Of a stretch of DNA of 64,000 bases, positions 11,517-23,259 are shown in pieces; position 1 is the first letter of the stretch; every line of letters starts with the position of its first letter. Location of the stretch: NCBI RefSeq assembly GCF_018350175.1, contig NC_058368.1:234672001-234736000 (forward strand), given 5' to 3'. The notes beneath the pieces were generated by a model. The model saw nothing but the letters and a program-made list of their open reading frames with translations. It did no database searches and was not told the DNA's origin. Made by a program: the position numbers and the translations under genes. Origin of the DNA: Felis catus (lineage: Eukaryota).

Positions 11517-12499
11517 GAAGCAGAGTGTGTATTAATGATTCTAAAACTAATTATGCCCATTGTGACTTAAGACACAGTCTCAAATGAAGAGAGATTTGAG
11601 TAAATTAAGCTGTGTTCTGTCAATTTGGTTTTCTTTATAATGTTCCAGAATTGAACAATTTAAAAGAGCTTACACAATTGAGTTAAGTAAGAATTAAGTA
11701 GATAAAATAAATGAAAGATTAAGGAATTTCTCGACTGTATATTGTTATAGCTTATTTAAACAAACCAATACTGATGTTATCATTAACGCAAGCTCACGCT
11801 TTTTTCAGAATTTCTTAGTTTTTACCAAATGTTCCTTTTCTGTTCCGGGATCCCATTCAGAATACCTCATTTCATTTAGCTGTCCTTCCTCCTTGGGCTC
11901 TGCTTTTTTTTTCGGGCTTTCCTTGTTTTTGATGACCCTGACAGTTTTGAGGAATGCTGGTCAGGTATTTTGTAGAATGTCTTTGAACTGGGATTCGTTT
12001 AATATTTTTCTCGTGATTAGACTGGGGTTATAGGTTTGGGGGAGAAAGACCACAGATGTCAAATACCATTTGTACCCCATCATATCAAGGGAACACACTG
12101 TCACCATGACTTGTGACTGCTGATGTTAAGTTTGAGCACTTGGGGAGGTCATAATTTTGTTTCTTTAAAGTTACCCCTATCCTTGCGTACTCTACTCTAT
12201 GGGAGGGAAGCCCATGCTTGAGTGGAGAGTTATGCTCTACCTCTTAGAAACAGAGTATCTCTTTAAGTTATTTGGAATTATTGTGCCTGGGACACTTTTC
12301 TGTTCTCCTCCATTAATTTATGTATTTGATCATTTTTTTTTATATCAGTGTGGACTCATGGATATTCTATACTTTGGGTCATTATCTAATACTACTTTAC
12401 TCACTTTGTTGCTCAAATTGGTCCAGCTTTGACCATTGAGAGCTATTTTAATTGGCTCCGGTGACTTTTTGATATACCCCCTGGACATAGGTTTTGTAT

Positions 12500-12695
12500 A
12501 TTTTTTATTTTATTTTTTTAACATTTATGTATTTTTGAGAGACAAAGCATGAGCAAGGGAGGGTCAGAGAAGGAAGGAGACACAGAATCCCAGGCAGGCT
12601 CCAGGCTCTGAGCTGTCAGCTCAAACTCCTGGACTGTGAGATCATGACCTGAGCTGAAGTCGGACGCTTAACCAACTGAGCCACCCAGGTGCCCC
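12500..12695 (-). mobile_element. Can-SINE with a small internal deletion
   Basis: GGCTCCAGGCTCTGAGCTGTCAGC joined to TCAAACTCC; ends GCCACCCAGGTGCCCC. Confidence 0.9.
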
Positions 12696-14060
12696 ACCCC
12701 AAGTCATAGTTTTAATTAATTAATTATATTATTATTTAACACTTCCTTGCCTCTTGTACTACAAGATGCTCAAGGCTCCTCTTGTGTATTTCTTGCCCCA
12801 GTCCTAGAATCAACCATTTCTCCAAGGATCCCTGGGTCGTCTCATTGCAGAACGGTATTAGAAACCAGGATGTGGTGCTGGATGTGTTTCTTCTTACAGG
12901 GTGGTGGTGTTCCCGGGTTCTGTCATCTGACAGAGAAAGGAAAAATATGTGAGAATATCAACTTGTGCATAAACACATATCTGTAAATATTTCTTGGTGA
13001 AGCCATTTGCATCTATATTAAGCTAACCATGAGTGTATGTCTCAACTCTCAACTGTTATGACCTGGGTCATTCTAACATCCTAGATGAAGTTGGAAGCTT
13101 AATTGACTGAGCCACCCAGGTGCCCCATCTTTTATCCATTTTAAAAATTGGGTTATTTTCTAATTTTTGACTTTTAAGCTTCTTGGTGTATTTTCAGTAG
13201 AAGTCCTTTATCAGATAGTGTTTTGAAAATATTTCCTCCCAGCCTGTGGTTTATATTTCTATTCACTTAATGTGTGTTTTTACAAAGCAGAAGTTTTTAA
13301 TTTTAATAAAGTCCAAGTTATGAATTCAGTTTTTTCTTTCATGGATCATACTTTTTCTGTTGAATCTAAAACCTCATCATCAAATTCAAGTTTTCATGGT
13401 TTTTCACCTATAATCTCTTAGAAAAGTTTTATGATTTTGCATTTTTCATTTAGAGCTAATATGAGTTAATTATTGTTAAAGTTGTACGATCTCTGTTAGA
13501 TTTTTTTCAATATTGACATTCAGTCGTTGTAGCATCATTTTTGAACAAAACTATCTTTTTAATACTGAATTTCCCTTCCTTTTTTTGTCAAAAATCAGGT
13601 AACTATATTTATGTAGCTCTATTTATTGTCCCTCTGTTCTGTTCCATTGACTTATTTGTCTGTTTTTTTATTAATACTATGCTGTCTTAACTTATGTGGT
13701 TTTATAGTAAATCTTGAAATCAAATAGTGTGAGTCCTCTAACCTCATTCTTCTTTTTTAGTATTGTAGTGCTGCCTATTCTAGTTTTTTTGTCTTTTTCT
13801 ATATACTTTGCAATTAGTTTGTTGATATTCCCAAAATAGTCTAGTGGGATTTTGATTGAAGGTAACTTGAATCTATGGATTGGGTTGGAAAGAATTGTCA
13901 TCTTAATGATATTGAGACCTCCCATCAGGAACATGGGGTATCTCTCCATTTATTTTGATATTTTTTGATTTCCTTCATCAGTATTTTATAACTTTTTGCA
14001 TGTAGGCCCTATATATATTTTTGTTAATTTATACATAATTATTTAATTTTTTGTTGGTAT

Positions 14061-14621
14061 TGTATTAGTTGGTGTTTATATTCATCAGGGTTTGTAGAAC
14101 CAACAGGATGTGTGTCTATATCTATCTTCCTATCTCTCTCTCTCTCTTTCTCTATCATCTCTCTATCAGTCTTCATCATTACCACCTATCTATATCTATT
14201 ATCTATGTTTCTATGTATCTATCCGTCATCATCATCATCTACCTATTTTCCCATCATCTATTGAGAGAGGTTTATTTTACGGAGTCGGCCCACATGATTG
14301 TAGAGGCTTATTAAGTCCAGAATCTGAAGGGTAGGCTGGCAGGCTGGGAGCCCAGGGAAGAGTTGCAGTTTGAGTCCAAAGGCAGTCCGCAGCTAGAGTT
14401 CCTTCTTCCTCAGAGAAGCCCCAACCGTGTTCTATTAAAGCCTCAGCTAATTGGATGAGGCCCGCCCATCTTATGGAGGGTAATCTGCTTTGACTCAAAG
14501 TGCAATGACTTAAGTCTTAATGTCACCCCCAAAACACCTTCACAGAAACATCCAGCATAATGTTTGATCAAATATATAGACACTGTGGCTCAGCCAAGTG
14601 GACACGGAGTTAACCATCAGA
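14061..14621 (-). mobile_element. ERVL solo LTR (MLT2B-like) with an internal (TCTA/ATC)n simple repeat
   Basis: GAACCAACAGGATGTG..., GGCTGGCAGGCTGG..CCCAGGGAAGAGTTGCAGTTTGAGTCCAAAGGCAGT, GGATGAGGCCCGCCCA, AGCCAAGTGGACAC..TTAACCATCA. Confidence 0.9.
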
Positions 14622-15879
14622 GTGCTTTTAGATTTGAAACTCTAGTTGTTTATTGTCTATTGAAACTCTAGTTGTTTATAAGAAAGCAATCGACTTCTGC
14701 GTTTTAAGCATGTACTGTGAGACCTTGTTTAACTTGTGTATTAATTCTAGGCCTGTTTTTGTTGCGCTTTTCTACATACACAGTTATGTCTGTAAATAAA
14801 GACAGTTTTACTTATTTGTTTCCAATCTGCATATGCATATTTCTTTGTCTTTCATTGTTGCACCAGCTAAAACTTCCAGCGCCATGCCGAACACGAATGG
14901 TGAGAGAGGACATCATTGCCTTGTTCCTGGTCCTAGGGGGAGAGTGTCTGGTCTCTCATCCTTAAGTAGGATGTTAGCTTTAGTTTCCTAATAGAGGTTC
15001 TTGATCAATTGGAGGATGTTCTTCTCTCTTCTTAGTTTGTTGATAATTTTACCATGAATAGGCATTGGATTTTGTTAAATTATGATCAAATGATTTTTCT
15101 TCTTTGCATGTTCATATGAGAATTATATTGATTCATTGATAGATTTTTGAATGTTGAACCAGACTCATATTGCCTACAATCAATCCCACTTGGTTTTGGT
15201 ATATAGTTCTTTTTATACATTGATGGGTTTGGTTAGCTAACATTTTGTTGAGCATTTTTGCATCTATATTCATAAGAAATATTTTTCTTAACTTTCTTTT
15301 TAAAAATGGTTTTATCTGGTTTGGGTATTAAAGTAATGTTGATCTCATAGACAAGTTATGAAGTGTTCCTTCTGATTTTATTTTCTAGAAGATATTATGG
15401 AGAATTAGTATTATTTCTACCATAAATGTTTGGTAGAATTTACCAATGAAACCATCTGGAACCAGTGCTTTCTTTTTTGAAAGATTATTAGTTATTGATT
15501 CAATTTCTTTAGTAGATATAAGGATAATTATGTTGACTATTTCCCTTTGTGTGAGTTTTGTTATTTTGTGCCTCTCAAAAAATTCATTCATTTCATCTAA
15601 GTTATCAAATTTTGGGGCAAAAAGTTGTTAATAATATTCCTTTATTGTCCTTTTAATGCCCAAGGAATCAGTCTTATGTTGGTAACTTGAATTCTCTCTT
15701 TTCTCCCTCTCTTCCTCTCTCTTATCCTGGCTAAAGGTTTATCAATTTTATTTATTTTCTCAAAAAACCAGCTTTTTGATTCTTTCATTTTGGTTCATTG
15801 ATGCTTTCTCTGAATCCCACAAATTTTGCTGAGCTGAATTCTCGTTTTTATTTAGTTTAAAATATTTAAAAAATTTTCT

Positions 15880-16092
15880 GGGGCGCCTGGGTGGCGCAGT
15901 CGGTTAAGCGTCCGACTTCAGCTCAGGTCACGATCTTGCGGTCCGTGAGTTAGAGCCCCGCGTCAGGCTCTGGACTGATGGCTCGGAGCCTGGAGCCTGC
16001 TTCCGATTCTGTGTCTCCCTCTCTCTCTGCCCCTCCCCTGTTCATGCTGTGTCTCTCTCTGTCTCAAAAATAAATAAACGTTAAAAAAATTT
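15880..16092 (+). mobile_element. Felid Can-SINE (SINEC_Fc)
   Basis: GGGGCGCCTGGGTGGCGCAGTCGGTTAAGCGTCCGACTTCAG head through AATAAATAAACGTT tail. Confidence 0.96.
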
Positions 16093-16143
16093 TTTTTCTG
16101 AGACTTCTTTTTGGTCTATGGGCTTTTTATAAGTATGCTGTTT

Positions 16144-16728
16144 GTTTGTTTGTTTGTTTATTTATTTTTCATAGAAGAATTAAGATTTTAATTTAAATGT
16201 ACATATATTCTTTTTTCTGAACAAAGATGCATCTAGAAAGACATACATTTAGTTTGATATTCTTTAAGTTGGGAAACTATATTTGCAACTCAAGAAAATG
16301 CTTTTGTAAATAATGATAAAAAACAAAGCTTAAAATATAAGACTTACACATGCTTTTAAATTCATTTGTCAGGAGGGAGACAGAACTGAAACCATAAGAT
16401 CTGCAAGATGAATATTTAGTGAGGGAGTCTCTTTTTTTTAATACATTCCAGAATTTTTACAATAAAAACCTAAAAAGTCAGGGAGATTGTTAGACCAATC
16501 TTGTCCAAACGTGTTATAAAATTATCACATCTTACATTATCTAATGTTTTCTTGCTGCCAGTCTTAATTTTAAGACCATAAGGTATAATCTGAAAAAATT
16601 TAAAAGCAATTTCCAAAGTTTATCCAAAAAAAAAAAAAAAAAGAAAGAAAAAACAAACACCCTATCCCAGTGGCCAAGGTCAAATCCAATTATGATATTT
16701 TAACCCATTAGCAAACCTGGTATCTTCA
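16144..16728 (-). pseudogene. 5'-truncated retrocopy of an unidentified mRNA 3'UTR
   Basis: 15-bp TSD ATAAGTATGCTGTTT at 16129-16143 and 16729-16743; decayed poly(A) at 16144-16169 (minus strand); ATTAAA at 16187-16192 (minus strand); AT-rich body not recognised as a TE. Confidence 0.7.
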
Positions 16729-17460
16729 ATAAGTATGCTGTTTAATTTCCAATTGTTTGGGGGAAATTTCCAGCTATCTTTCTGTTACTGATTTTTAATT
16801 TCATTTAATAGTAGTCTGAGAATATACTTTGTATGATTTCCATTTTTTTAAGTTCGTTAAGGTATTTTTCATGGCCAGAATGTGGCTTATCTTGGTGAAT
16901 GTTTCCCATAAACTTGAAAAGAATGTGTGTTCTAGCATCACTGAATGAAGTATTCTAAAACATGTCAATTAGATCAAGTTGATTGATGGTGCTGTTCAGG
17001 CTGTCTATATATTTACTGATTTTCTGCCCACTTGATATATCAATTACAGGCAGGGGGTATTGAAGTCTCCAACTATAATAGTGAAGTGGACTATTTCTTC
17101 TTTCATTTCTATCATTTTTTTCCTCACATCTTTTGATGCTTTGTCATGTGGCATATTCATGCTTATCATTATGTCTTCCTGGAGAATTGGCTCCTTCCTC
17201 ACTATTTAATGTCCTTTTTTATCTCTGTTAATCTTCTTTGTTCTGAAACCTACTTTCTCTGAAATTATTATAGCTATTCCAGCTTTTCCGCCTGTTCGTG
17301 TTAGCACGATATAACTTTCTCCATCCCTTCAATTTTAACTTGAGTCTTTCTTTATATTTTATGTAGGTTTTCTTTTTTGTAGACAATATAGAGTTGAGTT
17401 TTTTTTTTTTAATTCCATATGAGAATCTCTGTCATTTAAGGAATTTCTGAAGCCATACAC

Positions 17461-17654
17461 TTTTTTTTTCTATTTTATTTATTTTTTCGTTTTCTTTTTC
17501 TTTTACTCATTTAGCCCATCCCCCCTTCCACAACCTGTCCAGCAACCCTCTGTTTGTTCTCTATTAAGCATCTCTTATGTTTGGTCCCCCTCCCTGTTTT
17601 TATATTACTTTTGTTTCCCTTCGCTTATATTCATCTGTTTAGTATCTTAAATTT
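17461..17654 (-). mobile_element. Short felid L1 3' fragment
   Basis: T-tail, CATTTAGCCCATCCCCC..CAGCAACCCTCTGTTTGTTCTC; degenerate TSD TGA[A/G]GCCATA[C/G]ACTTT. Confidence 0.75.
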
Positions 17655-17869
17655 GAGGCCATAGACTTTAAAGTGATTATAGATATATTTGGATTAATTT
17701 TTACTGTTTTCAACCATTTATTATTATTATTATTATTTCTTTTATTTCTCTCTTTTTCTGCCATCTCTAGTTTTAATTGAGCATTTTATTTCCTCTCTGG
17801 GCATGTCAGCGTGTTACTTCTTTTAATAATTTTTAGTGGCTGCCTTAGCATTTACAATATATATTAAAA

Positions 17870-18093
17870 ATTTTTGTTTTACTTTATTGATTTATTATTT
17901 TTTTGAGAGAGAGAGAGAAAGAGAAAGAGAGCAAGTAGGGGAGGGGCAGAGAGAGGGGGAGACAGAATCTGAAGCAGGCTCCAGGCTCTGAGCTATCAGC
18001 ACAGAACCTGACGTGGGGCTTGAACTCATGAGCTGCGAGATCATGACCTGAGCTGAAGTCGGCCGCTTAATTGACTGAGACCCCAGGTGCCCC
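17870..18093 (-). mobile_element. Can-SINE
   Basis: Reverse SINE; TSD ACAATATA[T/C]ATT. Confidence 0.93.
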
Positions 18094-18701
18094 AACAATA
18101 TACATTTTTAAGTAAACTGAATCAATCTTCCAACAGCACTATAGCCTACCATGTATAGTAGAAATACTTCTATGTGTAGGACAGGTACTTTTATAGGTAG
18201 TGTAATTCCTTACGCCTACCCCTTGTACACTCCTGTCACTTAAGTGCTGTAATCACAACAATACCAAATTACTCTTATTCCCTTAAGCAAAGAATTACCT
18301 TTCAGATCGATCAAAAATCAGAATAATAAAAATATTATACTGTCGTTTATTTCTTCTCAGATGCTCTTCCTTTTTAAACAATATAGACCGAAGTTTCTAG
18401 TCTATATTGTTTTCTTTCTTCCTAGAGAGAGAACTTCTTGTAACGTTTTTTCCAGCGCTGATCTCCTGACAGTGAATTTCCTCAGTTTTCGTTTGTCTAG
18501 GAAAGTCTTCATTTTCCCTTTTCTTTTGAAGGATAATTTCCTTGAAGGACAGATTTCTAGGCTGGTTGGTTTTTTTCTTCCAACCCTTGAAATAGCTCAC
18601 TCTGTTTTCTGATGAGAAGCACTGCAATTCTTATTCATGTTTTCATAGCGACAAGACTTCCCCCTGCCTTCTTTCAAGATTTTTTCTTTGTCTTTGGTTC
18701 T

Positions 18702-18925
18702 TTTTTTTTTTTAATTTTTTTTTAACATTATTTATTTTTGAGACAGAGAGAGACAGAGCATGAACGGGGGAGGAGCAGAGAGAGAGGGAGACACAGAATC
18801 TGAAACAGGCTCCAGGCTCTGAGCTGTCAGCACAGAGCCCGACGCGGGACTTGAACTCACGGACCGTGAGATCATGACCTGAGCTGAAGTCAGACACTTA
18901 ACCGACCGAGCCACCCAGGCGCCCC
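18702..18925 (-). mobile_element. Felid Can-SINE
   Basis: TSD TCTTTGTCTTTGGTTCT at 18685-18701 and 18927-18943. Confidence 0.96.
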
Positions 18926-19261
18926 ATCTTTGTCTTTGGTTCTATACAGGTTCAGTGTGGCACGTCAAGGTGTGTGTGTCGTGTGTGTGTCTGTGTGTGT
19001 GTGCGTACACATGTATTTTGGTATTAGTACTGCGTGGTACTTTCAGAGTTTTCTCGATGTGTGGCTTGGTATTGACATTAATTTTGAAAACGTCTGAGCC
19101 ATTATTACTGCATATATTTCTTCTGCCCAATTCTTTCTTCTCCTTTTGCTATTACGACTTCTGAAATTGTTTCAAAACTTTTGGATGTTCTTTTCTGGTT
19201 TGCATTTTTTTTTTTTAACTCTTTTCCTCTTTTAGTTTGGGAAGTTTCTATTGACATATTC

Positions 19262-19353
19262 TTTTTTATTTATTTTTTTACTTTATTTTTATTTTTTTAT
19301 TAAAATTTTTTAAATGTTTGTTTATTTTTGAGGGGGAGAGAGAGAGAGAGAGG

Positions 19354-19384
<31 letters not shown>

Positions 19385-19557
19385 CGCATGAGGGAACGAG
19401 GAGCAGAGAGAGACACACACACACACAGAATCCAAAGCAGGCTCCAGGCTCCGAGCTGTCAGCACAGAACTTGATGAGAGTCTCGAACTCATGGACCATG
19501 AGATCATTACCTGAGCCGAAGTCAGTCGCTTAACTAACTGAGCCACCCAGGCGCCCC
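19262..19557 (-). mobile_element. Can-SINE
   Basis: Long T-tail, (GA)n and (CA)n tracts, ends GCCACCCAGGCGCCCC. Confidence 0.93.
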
Positions 19558-19639
19558 TCTGTTTGCACATTCTTAAGCTCACTGATTGTTTCCTTGACTG
19601 TGTCTAGTTTACTGATGAGCCCATCAAAAGTGTTTTTTC

Positions 19640-19858
19640 GGGGCGCCTGGGTGGCGCAGTCGGTTAAGCGTCCGACTTCAGCCAGGTCACGATCTCGCGG
19701 TCCGTGAGTTCGAGCCCCGCGTCAGGCTCTGGGCTGATGGCTCGGAGCCTGGAGCCTGCTTCCGATTCTGTGTCTCCCTCTCTCTCTGCCCCTCCCCTGT
19801 TCATGCTCTGTCTCTCTCTGTCCCAAAAATAAATAAATGTTGAAAAAAAATTTAAAAA
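19640..19858 (+). mobile_element. Young felid Can-SINE (SINEC_Fc)
   Basis: CpG-rich near-consensus copy; TSD AAAAGTGTTTTTTC on both sides. Confidence 0.97.
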
Positions 19859-19951
19859 AAAAGTGTTTTTTCATTTCTGTTGCCGTGTTTCTGATTCCTA
19901 GCATTTCCTTTCAGTTCTTAGAATTTCCATCTCTCTGCTTACATTAGCCAT

Positions 19952-20309
19952 TGTCTTAGTCTTTTCGGGCTGCTGTAACAAGATGCCGTGTATTGTGTGG
20001 CTTTTAAATAATAGAAATGCGTTTCTCACAGCTGTGGAAGCTGGGCGTCTGAGATCAAGGCACCAGCAGATTCGGGGTCTGATGACAGCCTGCCCCCAGG
20101 ATGGCATCTTTTTGCCATGACTTCATACAGTGGAAGGAGCAAGGGAGCTGTGTAAAGTCTCCTTTATTGGGGCAGCTCTGCCGCTTGGGAGGGCTCTGCC
20201 TTCATGACCCGATCACCTTCCAGAGACCCCACCTCCAGACGCCATCACACGGAGGGTTAAGATCTCCACATAGGACTTTTGGGAGAGCGCAAACATTCAG
20301 CCCATAGAA
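19952..20309 (-). mobile_element. MaLR solo LTR (MLT1A-like)
   Basis: TGTCTTAGTC..GGGCTGCTGTAACAA...GAGATCAAGGCACCAGCAGATTCGGGGTCTG...AAACATTCAGCCCATAG. Confidence 0.88.
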
Positions 20310-23259
20310 TCATCCACTTCTGCCTGTTGTCTCTTTACCCACTTAACATCCTAATCAGAGTTGTTGAAACGTGCTAATACTCAACATACGAATCACAGTT
20401 ATTTAAAATTCTCTGCCTGCTAATTCCAGCATCTTTGTCACATCTGAGTCTGATCGTGATGCTGCTCGCCTTGTTTCGACTACTTTCTCTCGCTCCTTTG
20501 CGTACCTTGCCTGTTTTTTGAAGGCTGGGTAACAGGAATGGAGGCAAATAGGTCTTGGGTGTGAAGGTTTATGTTAAACGGGTTAGGAGTTGGGCTTCTT
20601 TTTCCGTGTTTGCTCTAAGTGTAGGTGCCAGGGTCTGAAAATTCCTCTAGTTTTGGTGTTTTTGTCTCTGCTGTTGTCTTTAGCGTCCCTTGGAACTCTT
20701 CTTGGGGTCTGTTTCGCAGTGGTCTTGGCTCTGTTCCGCTGTTCCGCTGGGGTCCCGGTGCGGTTGGGGGGAAGGCATAAGGGATGGGAGTGTTCACGTG
20801 TTGTGTGGTCTGCTTGGGTCTCAGTGACTCGGCCTGGGTCTAGGGGCTGTGACTTTCACCACTGTGTCTCCGTGGACGCATCCTTCCCCCCCCCCCCCCC
20901 CCCGGTTCTTCCTCGATTCCCTCATTTTGTTTTCTGGAAGTCTGGCCCTGTTGGCTGCTTCTCCCCCTCGTGAAGCAGAAAGGCTCGCAGGGGTCTGGAG
21001 CAGGATTGAAGCTCCCGACCCATCTGGGATAAAGTTTGGGGGATGCGTTGTCCCCTGGGGAGTACACCTTCGCCAGGGAGAAGGTCTGGGCATATTTCGT
21101 GATGATTATTCTTCCCTTCTCCCTGCCCTGGCGAGGGATCCTTCTCAGGGCCTCACTGTAAAAACCTGGCGTGGCTCTGGGTAGTAAAGCCCATGAGAGT
21201 GTGCTCCCCCCACCCCCCAAGGTGTGGGTTCCGGGGATTTCTTACTCTTCTGGGACTCCACACTTAGCCTCCAGCAAGCAGTTCAAATCGCCGTGTAAGC
21301 GCGTCTTCCGGCTGACGGCTCCAAGGGCTCCTCCTCCAGGCAAACAGATCTTGGTTGCCCATCTCTCCGGTTGTGACCGTCTCTCCAGATTTGGGGATGG
21401 TCCAATCAATTTTTCTTCCACCTCAATGTTTCTGTTCGGTCCGAGCAAAGTTTTTGGTTTTCAGCAAAGGAGAAAGTTGCACAGCTACGCCGAATTTGGG
21501 CTCCCTCTTACTCTGGATCTTAGGAGTGACGGAACTGAGAGCAGCCGCGTTCGTTTTGTTCCCGCTCATCCTGGCCTTTAATCCTCCACGGGCTTCCTTT
21601 TGCTTCTGGGGCTGGTACCCATCTGTTTCCCCTCCCTAGTCCCTTCCCTTGTAGCCTTCCGGAAAGGGATATAAAAGCCATTCTTAATTGTAGTTCCAGG
21701 GTAGAAAAGGAAAGCTGATCTTGCATTAGTGTATTAAAAACGGGAAAAGGGGACACACGGCACAGAGGTCTTTCTGAGGGGCAGCCACAGGACTTGGTGA
21801 CCAGTGGGGTGGGAGGAGGGTGACTGGGGTGTAGGCAAAGTAGGAGAAAGGACTGTAGGCTGTTTGGGTGGACCGATCGTTGGTTAAGTATGCCCTGAAC
21901 GTATCTGATGAATTGGTAGATACTTCCACAATGACGGAATGTCAAGCGGGCAGCTGCAGCTAAAACAAGCATGGCCGTGATCACATCGGTGATTTTACAA
22001 GGTGACCTCAGGGGGGTGGAGAAAGGGCCCATCGAAACAGGTCACTGGGAGATATTTTGCGAGCAGGTAGATGCCAGGCTTCTCTCGTCTGCCTTCTCCT
22101 TGACAGAGAACCAGGCAGGACGAGTCGGGTGTTGCTGAGACTGAGCAGGAGACACAAGGAACCAGCAGCAGAGTTGTTCATAGGTCTCGCTGCAATGCTT
22201 TGCGGGACAAAGAAACTCAATAATAAAAGCTTCCCTTTCAAAACGCAGCAGGCCTCTCTTCGGAGAAATAGATGCTATTTCCTTTGTTTTCTTTCTTTCT
22301 CTTTTTATCCGGCACTAACAGGAAACAGAATTAAGGGTGAGCCTCGCGCCGCAGGCTGGAGTAATAGATGTAGTTGTTCTCATGCCTGTGATCAAATATT
22401 GAAGGTGCACTTGGGGAAACTGATGCCAAGGTGGAAGCTGCAAATGAAACGTTCTGTGCCTCGAATCAAGAGCAGGCTTTGAAATCCCAGACCCATCGCC
22501 CCGCTGCTATGTGAACTCTATTTTGGAATTGTGAGAAATCAATACGGAAAAGTATATACGCCGGGAACAACGTTAAAAGATCTCTTCACTCCCCTGAAAA
22601 CACCAGACTTAAAGTGTTCCCACAGTTGGCGCGTGGTCTGGGGGCAATGCCGCGATCAAATCTGAACCACAAGACCCACACCCTCCTTTCTGAACCTCCG
22701 AGTCCTGTGCTGTGCGTGAGCGGTGTTGGTCCAGAACCCGCAGTCACTGGGGCTCATGGGAGCATGAAGGAGCAGGTCTAGTAAAAATTTGGACAAAAAA
22801 GTGAACCTCAGATTTTTATAAAAGAACTCAGGCTTCCTACTTTTAAATATATGGATTAGCCTCAGCTGGCCAGAGAAAGTGCTTGACTTAATTACAGGGC
22901 TTGACTTAACGAGGAGTAATTCTAATTCGTGTTCATATTTCGGTAACCCTGTTTACATTAATGGCCTGTTCGGATACGTCTGAGAACAATTGACTTTCTT
23001 GAGTAGCAAGCTTTTCTTCATAGTTTACACATTTTAGCGTAGACACTGCTTTTTCACAGGTCCCCAGGAAGTGACCTTTTGTGCCGGCCCTTTGCAGATG
23101 GCCGCTGGCAGTCCCATGCTCTGGATGGCGAGGACAGTGATGGATGAGCACCAGCTCCCAGGACCCACTGCCAGAACCCCCAGAGGTGCCGTCTCACATG
23201 CTGATTAGCTAGACAAGTTTCCAGCTCCAGGAAGACCCTCCTGCCCAACTAGCCCCATA

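Larger units (their letters stand above)
5962..11750 (+). mobile_element. Fossil hAT-Tip100 (Zaphod-like) DNA transposon with decayed transposase, split by later insertions
   Basis: Manual translation gives GKVFCNFS (across the L1 insertion), GWKHPSSQL*EHKTSLAH (across a SINE), HYSLKLDCTKDKCPVEQLTFLVCDV (10488-10562), LGIDLKDS*G (10682-10711), LQTRILAENP (10755-10784) and SQRWNIL..LTFQSFSNT*REYQIDAGREIRF (~10867-10955). These are collinear with Tip100/ZMYM1-like transposase motifs. Both termini are approximate. Confidence 0.85.
11760..21400 (-). mobile_element. Long fragmented L1 (L1MC-like) spanning 3'UTR, ORF2 and ORF1/5' region
   Basis: L1MC-type 3'UTR (TTTCTGTTCCGGGATCCCATTCAGAATACC), ORF2 relic peptides at 13692-13949 and 15385-15591 (..ITKLTQREI..PDGFIGKFYQTF..), ORF1-like relics at ~18400-19950. 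The 5' boundary is approximate. Confidence 0.8.

Noticed and set aside
7440..11750. Domesticated transposase gene (ZMYM/ZBED/THAP-like)
   Set aside because: Many stops and frameshifts, and interrupted by L1 and SINE insertions.
20590..22482. Cluster of 110-170 aa ORFs in GC-richer sequence
   Set aside because: They overlap on both strands, partly within the decayed L1 5' region, with no recognisable protein similarity.
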